Assembly (NCBI GenBank): GCA_949295285.1
Contig: CASFKI010000054.1
Span: 2,383-66,382 of the forward strand
Direction of reading: 5' to 3'
Length of the DNA: 64,000 bases
Source: an uncultured bacterium
GTDB lineage: Bacteria > Bacillota_I > Bacilli_A > RF39 > UBA660
Shown here: piece by piece, positions 10,276-20,336 of the stretch
Position numbering within the stretch: the stretch's first letter is position 1
How the letters are laid out: every line of letters starts with the position of its first letter
Program-made: the position numbers and the translations under genes
Notes under the pieces: generated by a model
What the model was told of the DNA's origin: nothing
Database searches by the model: none
The model's input: only the letters and a program-made list of their open reading frames with translations

Positions 10276-11640
10276 CTATTCGCATATTTCTTTGCCATTT
10301 ACTATTTTTGTTTCCCCTGTTTTTGTCCATCCTGAAATATACGATTTAGTACTCCATTGATATTTATAATATTTAGTAGTTATTTTTTTAGCTTCGGCTT
10401 TCTTTTTATCAGTTTCATATTTATTACATACACTACCTTCTAATTTATAACCTTCGCTACACTTATATTCAGTATGCTCCTCGTTTATATATTTATAACA
10501 TTTATTGCCATTTAATGTATATGTTTTATCTGGGCAACTATAAGTAACTGATCCTTCTTTTACTTTATAACATCTTATGTCTGAACCACTGCCCTCTTGC
10601 AAATTAGCATCAGCAGGACAACTATATTTTTTAACTACTTTATAACATTTTAAATTTTCTCCACTACCTTCAGTAATTGTATCCATCGGACAATAATAAG
10701 TTGTTACTGGTACTTCATTATAGCATGTATCTTGATATGACTGAGTAACATTACTACATGTTTCTACAGGTACACTTTCATAACAAGTGCTACAAGTTGT
10801 ACTTGATGTTCCATTAGGTCCTTCATGAACAGTACAATTACATGAATAAGCTCTTGGTACATACGTAGTAGAACATTGCTCACTTACTGTATTTTTTTCA
10901 CAAGTATATGGAATTTTGTTAGTAGTTGTTTTTTCAATTCTATCTACATAAACTCGCTCAGATTCCTTAATAGGATTTAACTGTATTTTTTTGCCATCTA
11001 CTTTATCTACTATTGCTGGGACTTCATATTTAGTTGTTGAGGTTGTAGTAACTTTAGCTGGTTTACTATCAGTTATTATTGTTTTATAACAATATTTTCC
11101 ATCTAACTTATAACCATCAGTACAACTATATTGAGTTTTAGTAGATGTGGCTAATTTTTTATACTTATATGATGTTAACTTTTCAATGGTACATGTTTTA
11201 GCACAATTATCATCTTTACAATAAGTATGACATCCTAATATCTTAATTGTATAATCTTCTTCATTATTACAAACAAGATTTGTTTTTAATGAATAAGTCT
11301 CATCAGCATTTTTAGTAATACTTACATAAGATTCATATTGATTACAAGAATTACCATCTTTATCAACAAAAGGTAAAACTAATTTTTTATCAAACATTTC
11401 TGATAAACTAATTTTAACAGTTTCACCAACTTTTTTAGGCATCTTATCATCAGTAAAATATGCCTCACCTGCGTCTTGCATGTATTTTATATTTTCTCTA
11501 AATACATTATTATAAAATGGAACCATATTTGGAACATTTTTATTAAATAACCATATAAGAATAAATATAAATAATGCTGCAAATAATATTTTAACTACTA
11601 AGTCTAAAACACTAAAATTAGTTTTTCTATTACTATACAT
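10276..11640 (-). CDS. cysteine-rich repeat surface/secreted protein (N-terminal TM anchor, ~38 Cys, repeated Y-[SK]-C-x(8-14)-C-Y-K units)
   Basis: 454 aa; repeats YSCTDGYKLDGKYCYKT, YSCPADANLQEGSGSDIRCYKV, YSCPDKTYTLNGNKCYKY, YKCSEGYKLEGSVCNKY, YYCPMDTITEGSGENLKCYKV. Confidence 0.55.
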   Translation of the reverse strand: MYSNRKTNFSVLDLVVKILFAALFIFILIWLFNKNVPNMVPFYNNVFRENIKYMQDAGEAYFTDDKMPKKVGETVKISLSEMFDKKLVLPFVDKDGNSCNQYESYVSITKNADETYSLKTNLVCNNEEDYTIKILGCHTYCKDDNCAKTCTIEKLTSYKYKKLATSTKTQYSCTDGYKLDGKYCYKTIITDSKPAKVTTTSTTKYEVPAIVDKVDGKKIQLNPIKESERVYVDRIEKTTTNKIPYTCEKNTVSEQCSTTYVPRAYSCNCTVHEGPNGTSSTTCSTCYESVPVETCSNVTQSYQDTCYNEVPVTTYYCPMDTITEGSGENLKCYKVVKKYSCPADANLQEGSGSDIRCYKVKEGSVTYSCPDKTYTLNGNKCYKYINEEHTEYKCSEGYKLEGSVCNKYETDKKKAEAKKITTKYYKYQWSTKSYISGWTKTGETKIVNGKEICE

Positions 11641-11663
11641 AATTTCTTATCCCCCTTTTTTAT

Positions 11664-12923
11664 TTATTTTAAAGATCTACTTTTACCAATTTCTAATTCA
11701 TATTTGCTATCATAATAATTTTTAGTCATTTCATATAATTCAACAGGTAATGGTTCATGATTTTGAGCATATTCTTCATCATGTCCACTTCTCTTAGCTA
11801 CCCAATCAGTAGGAACTTCACTTATTTGATAAATAATTTCAGATAATGGTTTATCTTGTATTTCATGAGTATTATAATCTATACAATAAGGAATACAAAT
11901 ATTTAAATTATGTTTTTGACTATATTCTAGAATATAAGGTCCATAATTGCCATACATAACTTTATATAAGAAATTTGCTTGATATGGTTCCATTTGAAAT
12001 ATACTTGGGTAATTACCATTAAAATCATTATATTCAAATATGTTTACTACTGCAACTCCCCATTCTTTAGCTGCGCTCATAAACGCTTCTGTATCATCTG
12101 CTCTAATAGCGCTAATAACTTTTTCCATAGCATTATCTAATATAACAGCACCTTTTTGAGCAAGAGAGCCATCTTCGAATAATGGAGCATATTGTACATA
12201 TTTAACTTGATTTCCATATTGAGAAAATGATGCATAGTTGGCAATAGTAAATATATCATTAGCAGTATTTGAAATGTCTGTAGCGTTATATGTTACATCA
12301 TCATTTCCATCATGTTTAAAATTCCCATTAATCATTCTAATATCATTTATCAAATCATTTAATCCAATTTGATTAACACCTTCGTTTTCAGAAACATACT
12401 TATTATAAAACCAAGTTGCTCTACTTTGAATTTGTTTTTCATTTTCAGAATCATTAAATTCACCATAAACTTCAAAAGGCTTTTCCTCGTTAATCAATTC
12501 ATCATCTAAATCATTTTCCTCATCATCTAAGATTTCAACCTCACCAGTATTGTTTAAATAACTTCCAATTCCAAATCCAACAGTAGCAAGTCCTAACCCA
12601 GTTCCTAATCCAATGAAAAACTTATTTGAGCTGTTTTTGTCTTTAGATATATTTTCTTTATTTAAAACAATAGGTTCATTAACTTTCTCTTCTTCATACT
12701 TAATGCCAAAAAAGTTTAACATTTGAATTAATGTTTCTTCATTATTTTCTTTAATAGCAGTATTTAATCTAACAAAAGTATCATCTAATGTTTCGACCTT
12801 TTTAACAATACTATTTTTTTCTTTAACACTAATATTTGCATAGTATTCTTTTTCAAGTTTTCTTCTTTCATTTAAAATAATTTCTCTTAAATTTTTTGCG
12901 CTTTTTAGTAAATTTTCATTCAT
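11664..12923 (-). CDS. hypothetical bitopic membrane protein (cytoplasmic coiled-coil N-terminus, one TM, extracellular domain)
   Basis: 419 aa; TM GLGTGLGLATVGFGIGSYL near residue 105; no recognisable domain. Confidence 0.5.
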   Translation of the reverse strand: MNENLLKSAKNLREIILNERRKLEKEYYANISVKEKNSIVKKVETLDDTFVRLNTAIKENNEETLIQMLNFFGIKYEEEKVNEPIVLNKENISKDKNSSNKFFIGLGTGLGLATVGFGIGSYLNNTGEVEILDDEENDLDDELINEEKPFEVYGEFNDSENEKQIQSRATWFYNKYVSENEGVNQIGLNDLINDIRMINGNFKHDGNDDVTYNATDISNTANDIFTIANYASFSQYGNQVKYVQYAPLFEDGSLAQKGAVILDNAMEKVISAIRADDTEAFMSAAKEWGVAVVNIFEYNDFNGNYPSIFQMEPYQANFLYKVMYGNYGPYILEYSQKHNLNICIPYCIDYNTHEIQDKPLSEIIYQISEVPTDWVAKRSGHDEEYAQNHEPLPVELYEMTKNYYDSKYELEIGKSRSLK

Positions 12924-12990
12924 AACAACTCATTCCCCCTTTGTTATTTGGCTATATTATATCACTAAGAGCACATTTTGTCAATCATTA

Positions 12991-13446
12991 TTACTTTTTA
13001 ACAACGAACTTAAGCATTTTAAACTTTTTGTTTTTCGTAATGTTATTAAGTAATTTTTCTAATTTAAACTCAAATATTGTGAATATCAATAAAATAAAAT
13101 ACACTATTCCTTTCAAAATATTTTTAATAATAAATATACCATTATTAAATTCTATAGATGCATCTACGTAATTCATATTATTTATTACTATTTTATATAA
13201 AATATAACTATTAAATATACCAATTAATATAATTATTATTAATTTACTAATTCTAATACTTGAAAAATATCTTTTATAATTGTAAGCTACTGGTACTAAT
13301 AAAAATATTATTAATAAATCTATTAATAAGTATACTAATCCGAATAAATTACAATCAATTAGTAAATATTTAATAAATTCACCGATAGATAAAATAATAT
13401 ATAGTACTGTTAATATAATAATTGTATATTTGTTATGTTTCTACAT
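12991..13446 (-). pseudogene. small 4-TM membrane protein gene with a nonsense codon at position 2 (ATG TAG) despite strong RBS and -10
   Basis: ataaAGGAGAgaatATGTAGAAACATAAC...; after the TAG the frame stays open for 149 codons (KHNKYTIIILTVLYIILSIGEF...KFVVKK*); only the last 61 codons appear in the ORF track. Confidence 0.5.
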
Positions 13447-13577
13447 ATTCTCTCCTTTATTACCTATATTATAGCATAATTACTTGCAAAACTAAATTAT
13501 TTTATGATAATATATGTCTTGAAAGAAACTTTTTAGAAAGGGGTTATCAATTTTACTTAAAAATTGTTTTTTAAACT

Positions 13578-15323
13578 ATGGACATTAAAAAAAGTATAAG
13601 AAAATTTATATTAAATAATGCGACTATTAATTCAACAAATGTTGATACATTTTTAAATAAACTGAAAAGCAAAAATATTACAACCAGCAAATTATTAAAA
13701 GCAATTTTTGATGTATTGAATGATTATATTTTTGAATTAAGTAAACATGATTATCAATATATTATAGATGATATTGATAAATGTATTAACTTATTAACAA
13801 TTTTTTTTCAAAATAACAATTTTAGCAAAGAAGAAATCGTTGTTAATAGAAATAGAATTAAGAAATCTAGTGGATCTTTGCTCGCATACGCAAGTAAATA
13901 TGATAATGATACCCTAAAAAAATTATCAGAAGATTTAGATTCTATCGTTTTAGATAAAGATTTATATATATATGAATTTGATGAATTTATTAAACAATTA
14001 ATTGATAAAATTGAAAATCCAAATATCATAAAAAAATATTTTAATATTTATAAAAATATCATTCCTATTAATAAAACTAATATTTTTGATTATGTATTTA
14101 ATAAATATATTAATTCAATTAATGATAATAAAGAAAATTTACTTTATTATCTTACTTTAATGAGAATAACATATGATTCAAAAATTGATAAAAATAAATA
14201 TGAAAATATATTACTTGAATACAAAGATGACTTTTTTACTAATGAATTGCTAGGGTTATTTAATGGAAATAAATTTTCTTTATCAGCAGAGCAAGTATTA
14301 GAAAAATACCACATTGTAAAAGAAATAGAACCATCTCAAATACAGATTGATAAAAAAACAGATACAACAACACAAGAATTTGTTTTTACTATAGATAATG
14401 AAAATACTAAATTAAGAGATGATGGTTTAAGCATTAGAAAAGATGGTAATAAATATATAATTGGTATACATATTGCAGACCCTGGTAAATATATTTCACC
14501 AAATAGTCAAATTGATACTATTGCTAAAAACAATTTTAAAAGCTCTCAATATACAACAATTCTACCACCAAATTATGAAAAATTTTTTTCTCTTGATGAA
14601 GGAGGACCTAAAAGTGTTATTACTTTATATGTAGTAATGAATGATGCTGGAGAAATACTAGATTATTATATTAAAGAAAATGAAATTATTGTTAGTAATA
14701 ACTTATCTTACATATCAAGTGATTATATTTTAAATAATAGTACGAAAAGCAAATTAAAAAAATCATTAGAAGAATTATACATGCTTTCTAAAGCACTTGA
14801 ATATAAAAATAAAAATAAACTAGAATACTGGAGAAAAAAAGAATTTTCTAAATCTGAAAATTATAAAAATATATCATTTAAAAGTGATATGATAGTAAGA
14901 GAGTTTATGGTATTGTACAATTCATTACTTAGTGATTTTACTGTAGATAAAAATATTCCATACATTTACAAATGGCAAAATAAAGAATACATTAGTGACT
15001 TATTGAGTAGATATAATTTAAAAGATTATCAGATCATAAAAGATATTACAAAAGAATTATACTTAGATAGCAAGTATTCTACTTTTCCAAGATATCACAA
15101 TGGTATTGGAATATCTTCTTATTCAAACTCTGGTAATCCATTAAGAAAATATCCTGATTTATATACACAATATTTATTACATAAATATAATTTTAAAGAT
15201 AAAGATTTTTATTTTGATGAAGAAGAATTTCAAAGGTTAGTTAATTATTTTAATCAAAGAAATTTTGAATTATCATTAATGAAGGCTGAATATAAAAGAG
15301 CTTTAAAATATTATAATAACTAA
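13578..15323 (+). CDS. RNB-domain protein (RNase II/R catalytic-domain family), lacks CSD and S1 domains; one catalytic Asp replaced
   Basis: FTIDNENTKLRDDGLSIRKDGNKYIIGIHIADPGKYI aligns with the RNase II/R motif TIDxxxxxDxDDA...HIAD; the Asp equivalent to E. coli RNase II D207 is Leu. Confidence 0.6.
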   Translation: MDIKKSIRKFILNNATINSTNVDTFLNKLKSKNITTSKLLKAIFDVLNDYIFELSKHDYQYIIDDIDKCINLLTIFFQNNNFSKEEIVVNRNRIKKSSGSLLAYASKYDNDTLKKLSEDLDSIVLDKDLYIYEFDEFIKQLIDKIENPNIIKKYFNIYKNIIPINKTNIFDYVFNKYINSINDNKENLLYYLTLMRITYDSKIDKNKYENILLEYKDDFFTNELLGLFNGNKFSLSAEQVLEKYHIVKEIEPSQIQIDKKTDTTTQEFVFTIDNENTKLRDDGLSIRKDGNKYIIGIHIADPGKYISPNSQIDTIAKNNFKSSQYTTILPPNYEKFFSLDEGGPKSVITLYVVMNDAGEILDYYIKENEIIVSNNLSYISSDYILNNSTKSKLKKSLEELYMLSKALEYKNKNKLEYWRKKEFSKSENYKNISFKSDMIVREFMVLYNSLLSDFTVDKNIPYIYKWQNKEYISDLLSRYNLKDYQIIKDITKELYLDSKYSTFPRYHNGIGISSYSNSGNPLRKYPDLYTQYLLHKYNFKDKDFYFDEEEFQRLVNYFNQRNFELSLMKAEYKRALKYYNN

Positions 15324-17845
15324 AATCTTCTTTCTATATTTAGCTTTTTTAATATTATTTTTCTAATCATATCAATAATTATTATTGTAAATGCAAATAA
15401 TAACATTATATCAAATTCAATCAATGTTAGTCCTGTTGTTCTAAATAATTCTCCTCCATAATATATTAATAATATTTGTACGCTTGATATAAATAAAAAT
15501 ATTAATAAAAATATTTTGTTTTTAAATAAATTAGATAAAATATTTAATCTATGAGTTCTTGAATTAAATGCTAAAAATATATCAATAAAAATAAATAATC
15601 CAAAAAAAGCGGTTAATAAATACTTATCTGTAATATTGTAAGAATATATATTTTTTACGAAACTTGATTTAAGAAAAAATATACATAATAACATTGCATA
15701 TATTCCATCAACTATTATTTGATTTAACATATATGAATTAATTATTTTTTCATTTTTATTTTTGGGCTTTTCTTTCATATATTCTTTTAATGCAGGTTCG
15801 AATGAAAATGCAAGTCCAGCGAATGTATCCATTACCATATTTACCCATAATACCTGAATAACTGTAATCGGAGCCAATATACCTATAAATGGTCCTACAA
15901 TACTTAATAAAACAGCACATAAATTAACACTCAATTGAAAAGTTACGAACTTTCTTATATTTTTAAAAATTGTTCTACCATATAAAATAGCAAAGCATAT
16001 AGAAGATATATTATTATCTAGAATTATAATATCACTTGTTTCTTTTGCAATATCGCTTCCGCTTCCCATTGAAAATCCAACATCAGCATGTTTTAAAGCA
16101 GGAGCATCATTAACTCCATCTCCAGTCATTCCCACTACTAGTCCTTTCATTTGAGCTATTTTAACAAGCCTATTTTTATCTTGAGGCAAGCTTCTACATA
16201 AAACTTTTAATTTATTTAACACTTTCATTACTTCACTATCACTCATATTATTAAATTCTTCACTTGTTAAAACTATATCATTTTCATTTTCAATAATATT
16301 TAATTCATTTGCTATATTAGTAGCAGTATCTTTTGCATCTCCAGTAATCATAACAACACTAATACCTGAGTCTTTTATTTCTTTAACAGCATTATAGGCT
16401 TCTTTTCTAATATTATCTTTTAAAAAAATAAAACCAATTAATGTTAAACCATTAAATTCATCATTACTAGAATACGCAAGAGCAATGACTCTAAGACCAC
16501 TAGAAGTTTTAGATTTAATATAATTTATAACATTATCCTTTTGTATTAAAACTTTTACTTGATTATTTTCATTAATATACTTAGTACATTTGTTCAATAT
16601 TATTTCATATGCGCCTTTATAAAAAACGGTTTTATTATTATAATTTGTAGTAACGCTAGAATATTTGCTTTCACTGCTAAATTCAGTTTTATTAATAATC
16701 TTATATTTTTCTTTTTTATCAGTTCTACAATATTCAAGAATTGCTCTATCTGTTGTATTACTTCCAGTTACTTTATTATTTATATAAAAAGAATCATTAT
16801 TATATACTAATGCTTGATAAAATATATCATTTAATTGACTAATATTATTTAATGAAGCATCAACAACTTCTATAACTTTTAATTTCCCTTCAGTAAGAGT
16901 TCCTGTTTTATCAGTGAATAAAATGTTTAGAGAGCCTGATGTTTCAATACCAACTAATTTTCTAACTAACACATTTTTTTTAAGTAATCTTTTCATATTT
17001 GAAGATAATACTAAAGTAATCATCATAGGTAGTCCTTCAGGTACAGCCATAACAACAACCGCAACGCTTAGAGTTAATGCATATAATATATGAGACAATA
17101 TATCATTATAATTGCTAGGTATTACTACAGCATTTAACATATATGAAATAAACACCAAAAAAGCTGAAATATACCCAAAAAAACTTATTATTCTAGCTAA
17201 ATTCCTAAGTCTAGATTTAAGAGGACTTTCAAGTGAAACATCTTGAATGTCTAAAGCAACTTTTCCATAAAATGTCTTATCACCCACACTAGTTACTTCA
17301 ATAATTGCACTTTTAGATGTTACTACACTACCTCTATAAACAATATCATTATTTTTTTTATATTTTTCTTTTGACTCACCCGTTAAAATACTTTCATCGA
17401 CATATAAATTTCCATTAATAATCTTTCCATCCGCAGGTATTTTGTCTCCATTTTCAATTAAAACAATATCACCTACCACTAATTCATCGATATTTATAAT
17501 TTTTTTCTTTTTATTTCTTATTACTTTCACATCGGTTAATGCATTTTCTTCATTTAATTTTTCAAATGCTTTTTCACTTCCATATTCTGAAATTACTGAT
17601 ATGAAAGAAGCAAGAAAAACAGCTATTGCTATTCCAATAGTTTCAAATAAATCATTTTTATTAAATATTAACAACAATTTTATAGCCAGTGCCATTAAAA
17701 GTATTTTTACAATTGGGTCATTAAAAGATTCTATTATTAAAGAAAGAATTGTAACTTTCTTTTTATTAGTTATCATATTATTCCCATATAATTTTCTTGA
17801 TTTTATTATTTCTTCATCTGTTAAACCACTTATATTATTATTCAT
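15320..17845 (-). CDS. P-type cation-transporting ATPase, Ca2+-type (PMCA/SERCA-like)
   Basis: 841 aa; DKTGTLT phosphorylation motif, MITGD, GDGVNDAPALK, about 10 TM. Confidence 0.85.
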   Translation of the reverse strand: MNNNISGLTDEEIIKSRKLYGNNMITNKKKVTILSLIIESFNDPIVKILLMALAIKLLLIFNKNDLFETIGIAIAVFLASFISVISEYGSEKAFEKLNEENALTDVKVIRNKKKKIINIDELVVGDIVLIENGDKIPADGKIINGNLYVDESILTGESKEKYKKNNDIVYRGSVVTSKSAIIEVTSVGDKTFYGKVALDIQDVSLESPLKSRLRNLARIISFFGYISAFLVFISYMLNAVVIPSNYNDILSHILYALTLSVAVVVMAVPEGLPMMITLVLSSNMKRLLKKNVLVRKLVGIETSGSLNILFTDKTGTLTEGKLKVIEVVDASLNNISQLNDIFYQALVYNNDSFYINNKVTGSNTTDRAILEYCRTDKKEKYKIINKTEFSSESKYSSVTTNYNNKTVFYKGAYEIILNKCTKYINENNQVKVLIQKDNVINYIKSKTSSGLRVIALAYSSNDEFNGLTLIGFIFLKDNIRKEAYNAVKEIKDSGISVVMITGDAKDTATNIANELNIIENENDIVLTSEEFNNMSDSEVMKVLNKLKVLCRSLPQDKNRLVKIAQMKGLVVGMTGDGVNDAPALKHADVGFSMGSGSDIAKETSDIIILDNNISSICFAILYGRTIFKNIRKFVTFQLSVNLCAVLLSIVGPFIGILAPITVIQVLWVNMVMDTFAGLAFSFEPALKEYMKEKPKNKNEKIINSYMLNQIIVDGIYAMLLCIFFLKSSFVKNIYSYNITDKYLLTAFFGLFIFIDIFLAFNSRTHRLNILSNLFKNKIFLLIFLFISSVQILLIYYGGELFRTTGLTLIEFDIMLLFAFTIIIIDMIRKIILKKLNIERRF

Positions 17846-17946
17846 ATAATATTTTATTAAATAAAATAAATTTTAATGACAAAATTATTCATTTTATATA
17901 TTTATTATGATAAAATTAGTATATGTATTATAAGTAGAGGTATTTA

Positions 17947-18435
17947 ATGAAAAGAGTAAACAAAGATAATTATTATTTAGATATAGCGCAAGCTGCATTA
18001 GAAAGATCGACATGCTTAAGAAAAAAATGGGGAGCTGTAATCGTTAAAAATGATGAAATTATATCAACCGGATATAATGGAGCTCCAAGAGGAAGAAAAA
18101 ATTGTGATGATATTGGAAAATGTATAAGAGAAGAATTAAACATTCCACGTGGTGAAAGATACGAATTGTGCAGAAGTGTTCATGCTGAACAAAATGCCAT
18201 TATTTCAGCGTCTAGAAAAGATATGGTTGGCGCAACATTATATGAAGTAGGAATTGATAGTACAACTGGAGAGTATGTTAAAGATGCAATGCCTTGTGCA
18301 ATGTGTAAAAGAGTTATTATTAATAGTGGCATTACAAAAATGGTTTTCAGAGATAGCAAAGATAAATATAGAACAATAATGGTAGAGGAATTAATTGATA
18401 ATGATGATAGTTTAGAAGGAAAGTTTGGCTACTAG
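17947..18435 (+). CDS. comEB: dCMP deaminase (ComEB-like cytidine/deoxycytidylate deaminase)
   Basis: HAEQNAI and PCAMCKRVI zinc-binding motifs; 162 aa. Confidence 0.8.
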   Translation: MKRVNKDNYYLDIAQAALERSTCLRKKWGAVIVKNDEIISTGYNGAPRGRKNCDDIGKCIREELNIPRGERYELCRSVHAEQNAIISASRKDMVGATLYEVGIDSTTGEYVKDAMPCAMCKRVIINSGITKMVFRDSKDKYRTIMVEELIDNDDSLEGKFGY

Positions 18436-18443
18436 GAGTAATC

Positions 18444-19298
18444 GTGAAAATTGATATAATTGTTATTGCATATAATCAAAGTGAAAATATAAATAATTTT
18501 TATGAAAAACTATCCAGCGAATTAAAAGGAATAAAGTATAAAATTGTTTTTGTTGATAATGGTTCAACAGATAATACTTTTAATGAAATAAAAAAACTTT
18601 GTTCTAAAAATGAAGCTAATGTTAAAACAATATTATTATCTAAAAAATATAATGCTAATAATGCGATTGTGTCTGCTATGAATTACACAACAAATGATTA
18701 CGTTTGCGTATATGATTTTTCCTATCCTATTAATTATATAAAAAAAGCACTTACGTGTATAAATGAAAACAATTATGATTGTATTTGCTATTGTAAGAGA
18801 TTTAAAGAAGTTAATATTTTTAAAAAACAAATGACTAAATTAATAAATAAATTACTAAATATAAATATAATAAATGATAAAACTAATTGTCGTATATTTA
18901 ATAGAAATATGATTAATTCTATACTAAAATTTTCAAAAGATAATTTAATTAAATTTGATACTTTTGATAATTTAGGATTTAATATTTATTATGATAAACT
19001 AAAATCTAATGATTTAAATGAGTACAAGATTGTTATTCCAAAGAATTTAAAACTACCATTAATTGGAATGTTACTTGGTATATCATTATCTATTATTTCT
19101 ATATTATTTATAATTTTTACATTTATATTTACAAAAATTACTATATCTTTAATTTTTATATTTTTGTTTTTATTATTTAGTGGCATTAATTTTATCTATA
19201 TTGGAGTATTAAGTAGAAACATAATACAATACATAAATAAGGATGAAGCAAATTATATAATAAAAGAAAAATATGGTTTTGATGAAAATGTGTTATAA
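18444..19298 (+). CDS. glycosyltransferase family 2 with C-terminal TM segments (polyprenyl-phosphate glycosyltransferase-like), GTG start
   Basis: IDIIVIAYNQSENI...VFVDNGSTDNT GT2 signature; hydrophobic C-terminal third. Confidence 0.7.
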   Translation: MKIDIIVIAYNQSENINNFYEKLSSELKGIKYKIVFVDNGSTDNTFNEIKKLCSKNEANVKTILLSKKYNANNAIVSAMNYTTNDYVCVYDFSYPINYIKKALTCINENNYDCICYCKRFKEVNIFKKQMTKLINKLLNINIINDKTNCRIFNRNMINSILKFSKDNLIKFDTFDNLGFNIYYDKLKSNDLNEYKIVIPKNLKLPLIGMLLGISLSIISILFIIFTFIFTKITISLIFIFLFLLFSGINFIYIGVLSRNIIQYINKDEANYIIKEKYGFDENVL

Positions 19299-19301
19299 AA
19301 T

Positions 19302-19330
19302 AAAACTATTTTACAATTGTAAAATAGTTT
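19302..19330. terminator. bidirectional terminator between the GT2 gene and tsaD
   Basis: Perfect hairpin AAAACTATTTTACAA / TTGTAAAATAGTTTT flanked by T/A runs. Confidence 0.65.
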
Positions 19331-19334
19331 TATT

Positions 19335-20336
19335 TTATAACTTTATATGACTTTGTGCATTAGTAGATAATAAAGAAAATTGTTTATTTTTATATAATAC
19401 ATACGCTGCTGCTCCAATCATTGCTGCATTATCTGTACAATATTTTTTAGGTGGCATATGCATTGTAACCCCAAGACTATCACACATTTCTTTCAATGCC
19501 TCCCTTATATGGCTATTTGCCGCAACTCCACCACTTATCAAAAATGTTTTTAAATTATATTTAATTAGTGCTTTTTTTGTTTTATCAACTAAGTGTGATG
19601 TAACGCAATCTTGAAATGATCTGGCTAAATCATATTTGTTTACTTCGTTTCCTCTTTGTTTCTCATTATGAACTAAATTATTAACATGGCTTTTAATTCC
19701 ACTAAAACTAAAGTTAAATGACTCATCATTTAATATTTGAGGCATTTTATATATAGGTTCCCCCTGTAGAGCATATTTTTCTACATTAGGTCCTCCTGGA
19801 TATGGCAAATCAAGTATTCTTGCCACTTTATCATAAGCTTCGCCAATCGCATCATCTAATGTTTGCCCTAAATATTCAAATTTATCTTCTTCTTCCATTA
19901 ATATTAAATCAGTATGTCCACCTGAAACTATTAATGATAGTAATGGGTATTCTATATCATTTCCAATCATATTAGCATAAATATGTCCCATCATATGATT
20001 AGTTGCTATAAATGGTTTATTATATATAAAAGCCAATGTTTTAGTAGCCTCTACTCCTACTAATAAACTTCCAAGTAATCCAGGCCCATATGTACAAGCA
20101 AAAGCATCCATATCTTCTAATTTCATATTTGCTCTTTCTAAACATTCATCTATCACCATTGTTATATTTTCTAGATGAAGTCTACTTGCAACTTCAGGAA
20201 CTACTCCTCCATATTTTGTATGAACATCAATTTGTGAATTAATAACTGTTGCAATATCTTCATTACCATTTTTAATAATACTTACACTTGTTTCATCGCA
20301 AGATGATTCTACTGATAATATATATATATCTTTCAT
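19335..20336 (-). CDS. tsaD: tRNA N6-adenosine threonylcarbamoyltransferase TsaD
   Basis: YILSVESSCDETSVSII N-terminus and Kae1/TsaD family length. Confidence 0.9.
   Translation of the reverse strand: MKDIYILSVESSCDETSVSIIKNGNEDIATVINSQIDVHTKYGGVVPEVASRLHLENITMVIDECLERANMKLEDMDAFACTYGPGLLGSLLVGVEATKTLAFIYNKPFIATNHMMGHIYANMIGNDIEYPLLSLIVSGGHTDLILMEEEDKFEYLGQTLDDAIGEAYDKVARILDLPYPGGPNVEKYALQGEPIYKMPQILNDESFNFSFSGIKSHVNNLVHNEKQRGNEVNKYDLARSFQDCVTSHLVDKTKKALIKYNLKTFLISGGVAANSHIREALKEMCDSLGVTMHMPPKKYCTDNAAMIGAAAYVLYKNKQFSLLSTNAQSHIKL

Noticed and set aside
6476-13446. tRNA-Cys-adjacent block as an integrated mobile element or genomic island
   Set aside because: No integrase, recombinase, transposase or phage gene is present, and no direct repeat of the tRNA 3' end was seen. 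It is kept only as a possible lineage-specific envelope locus.
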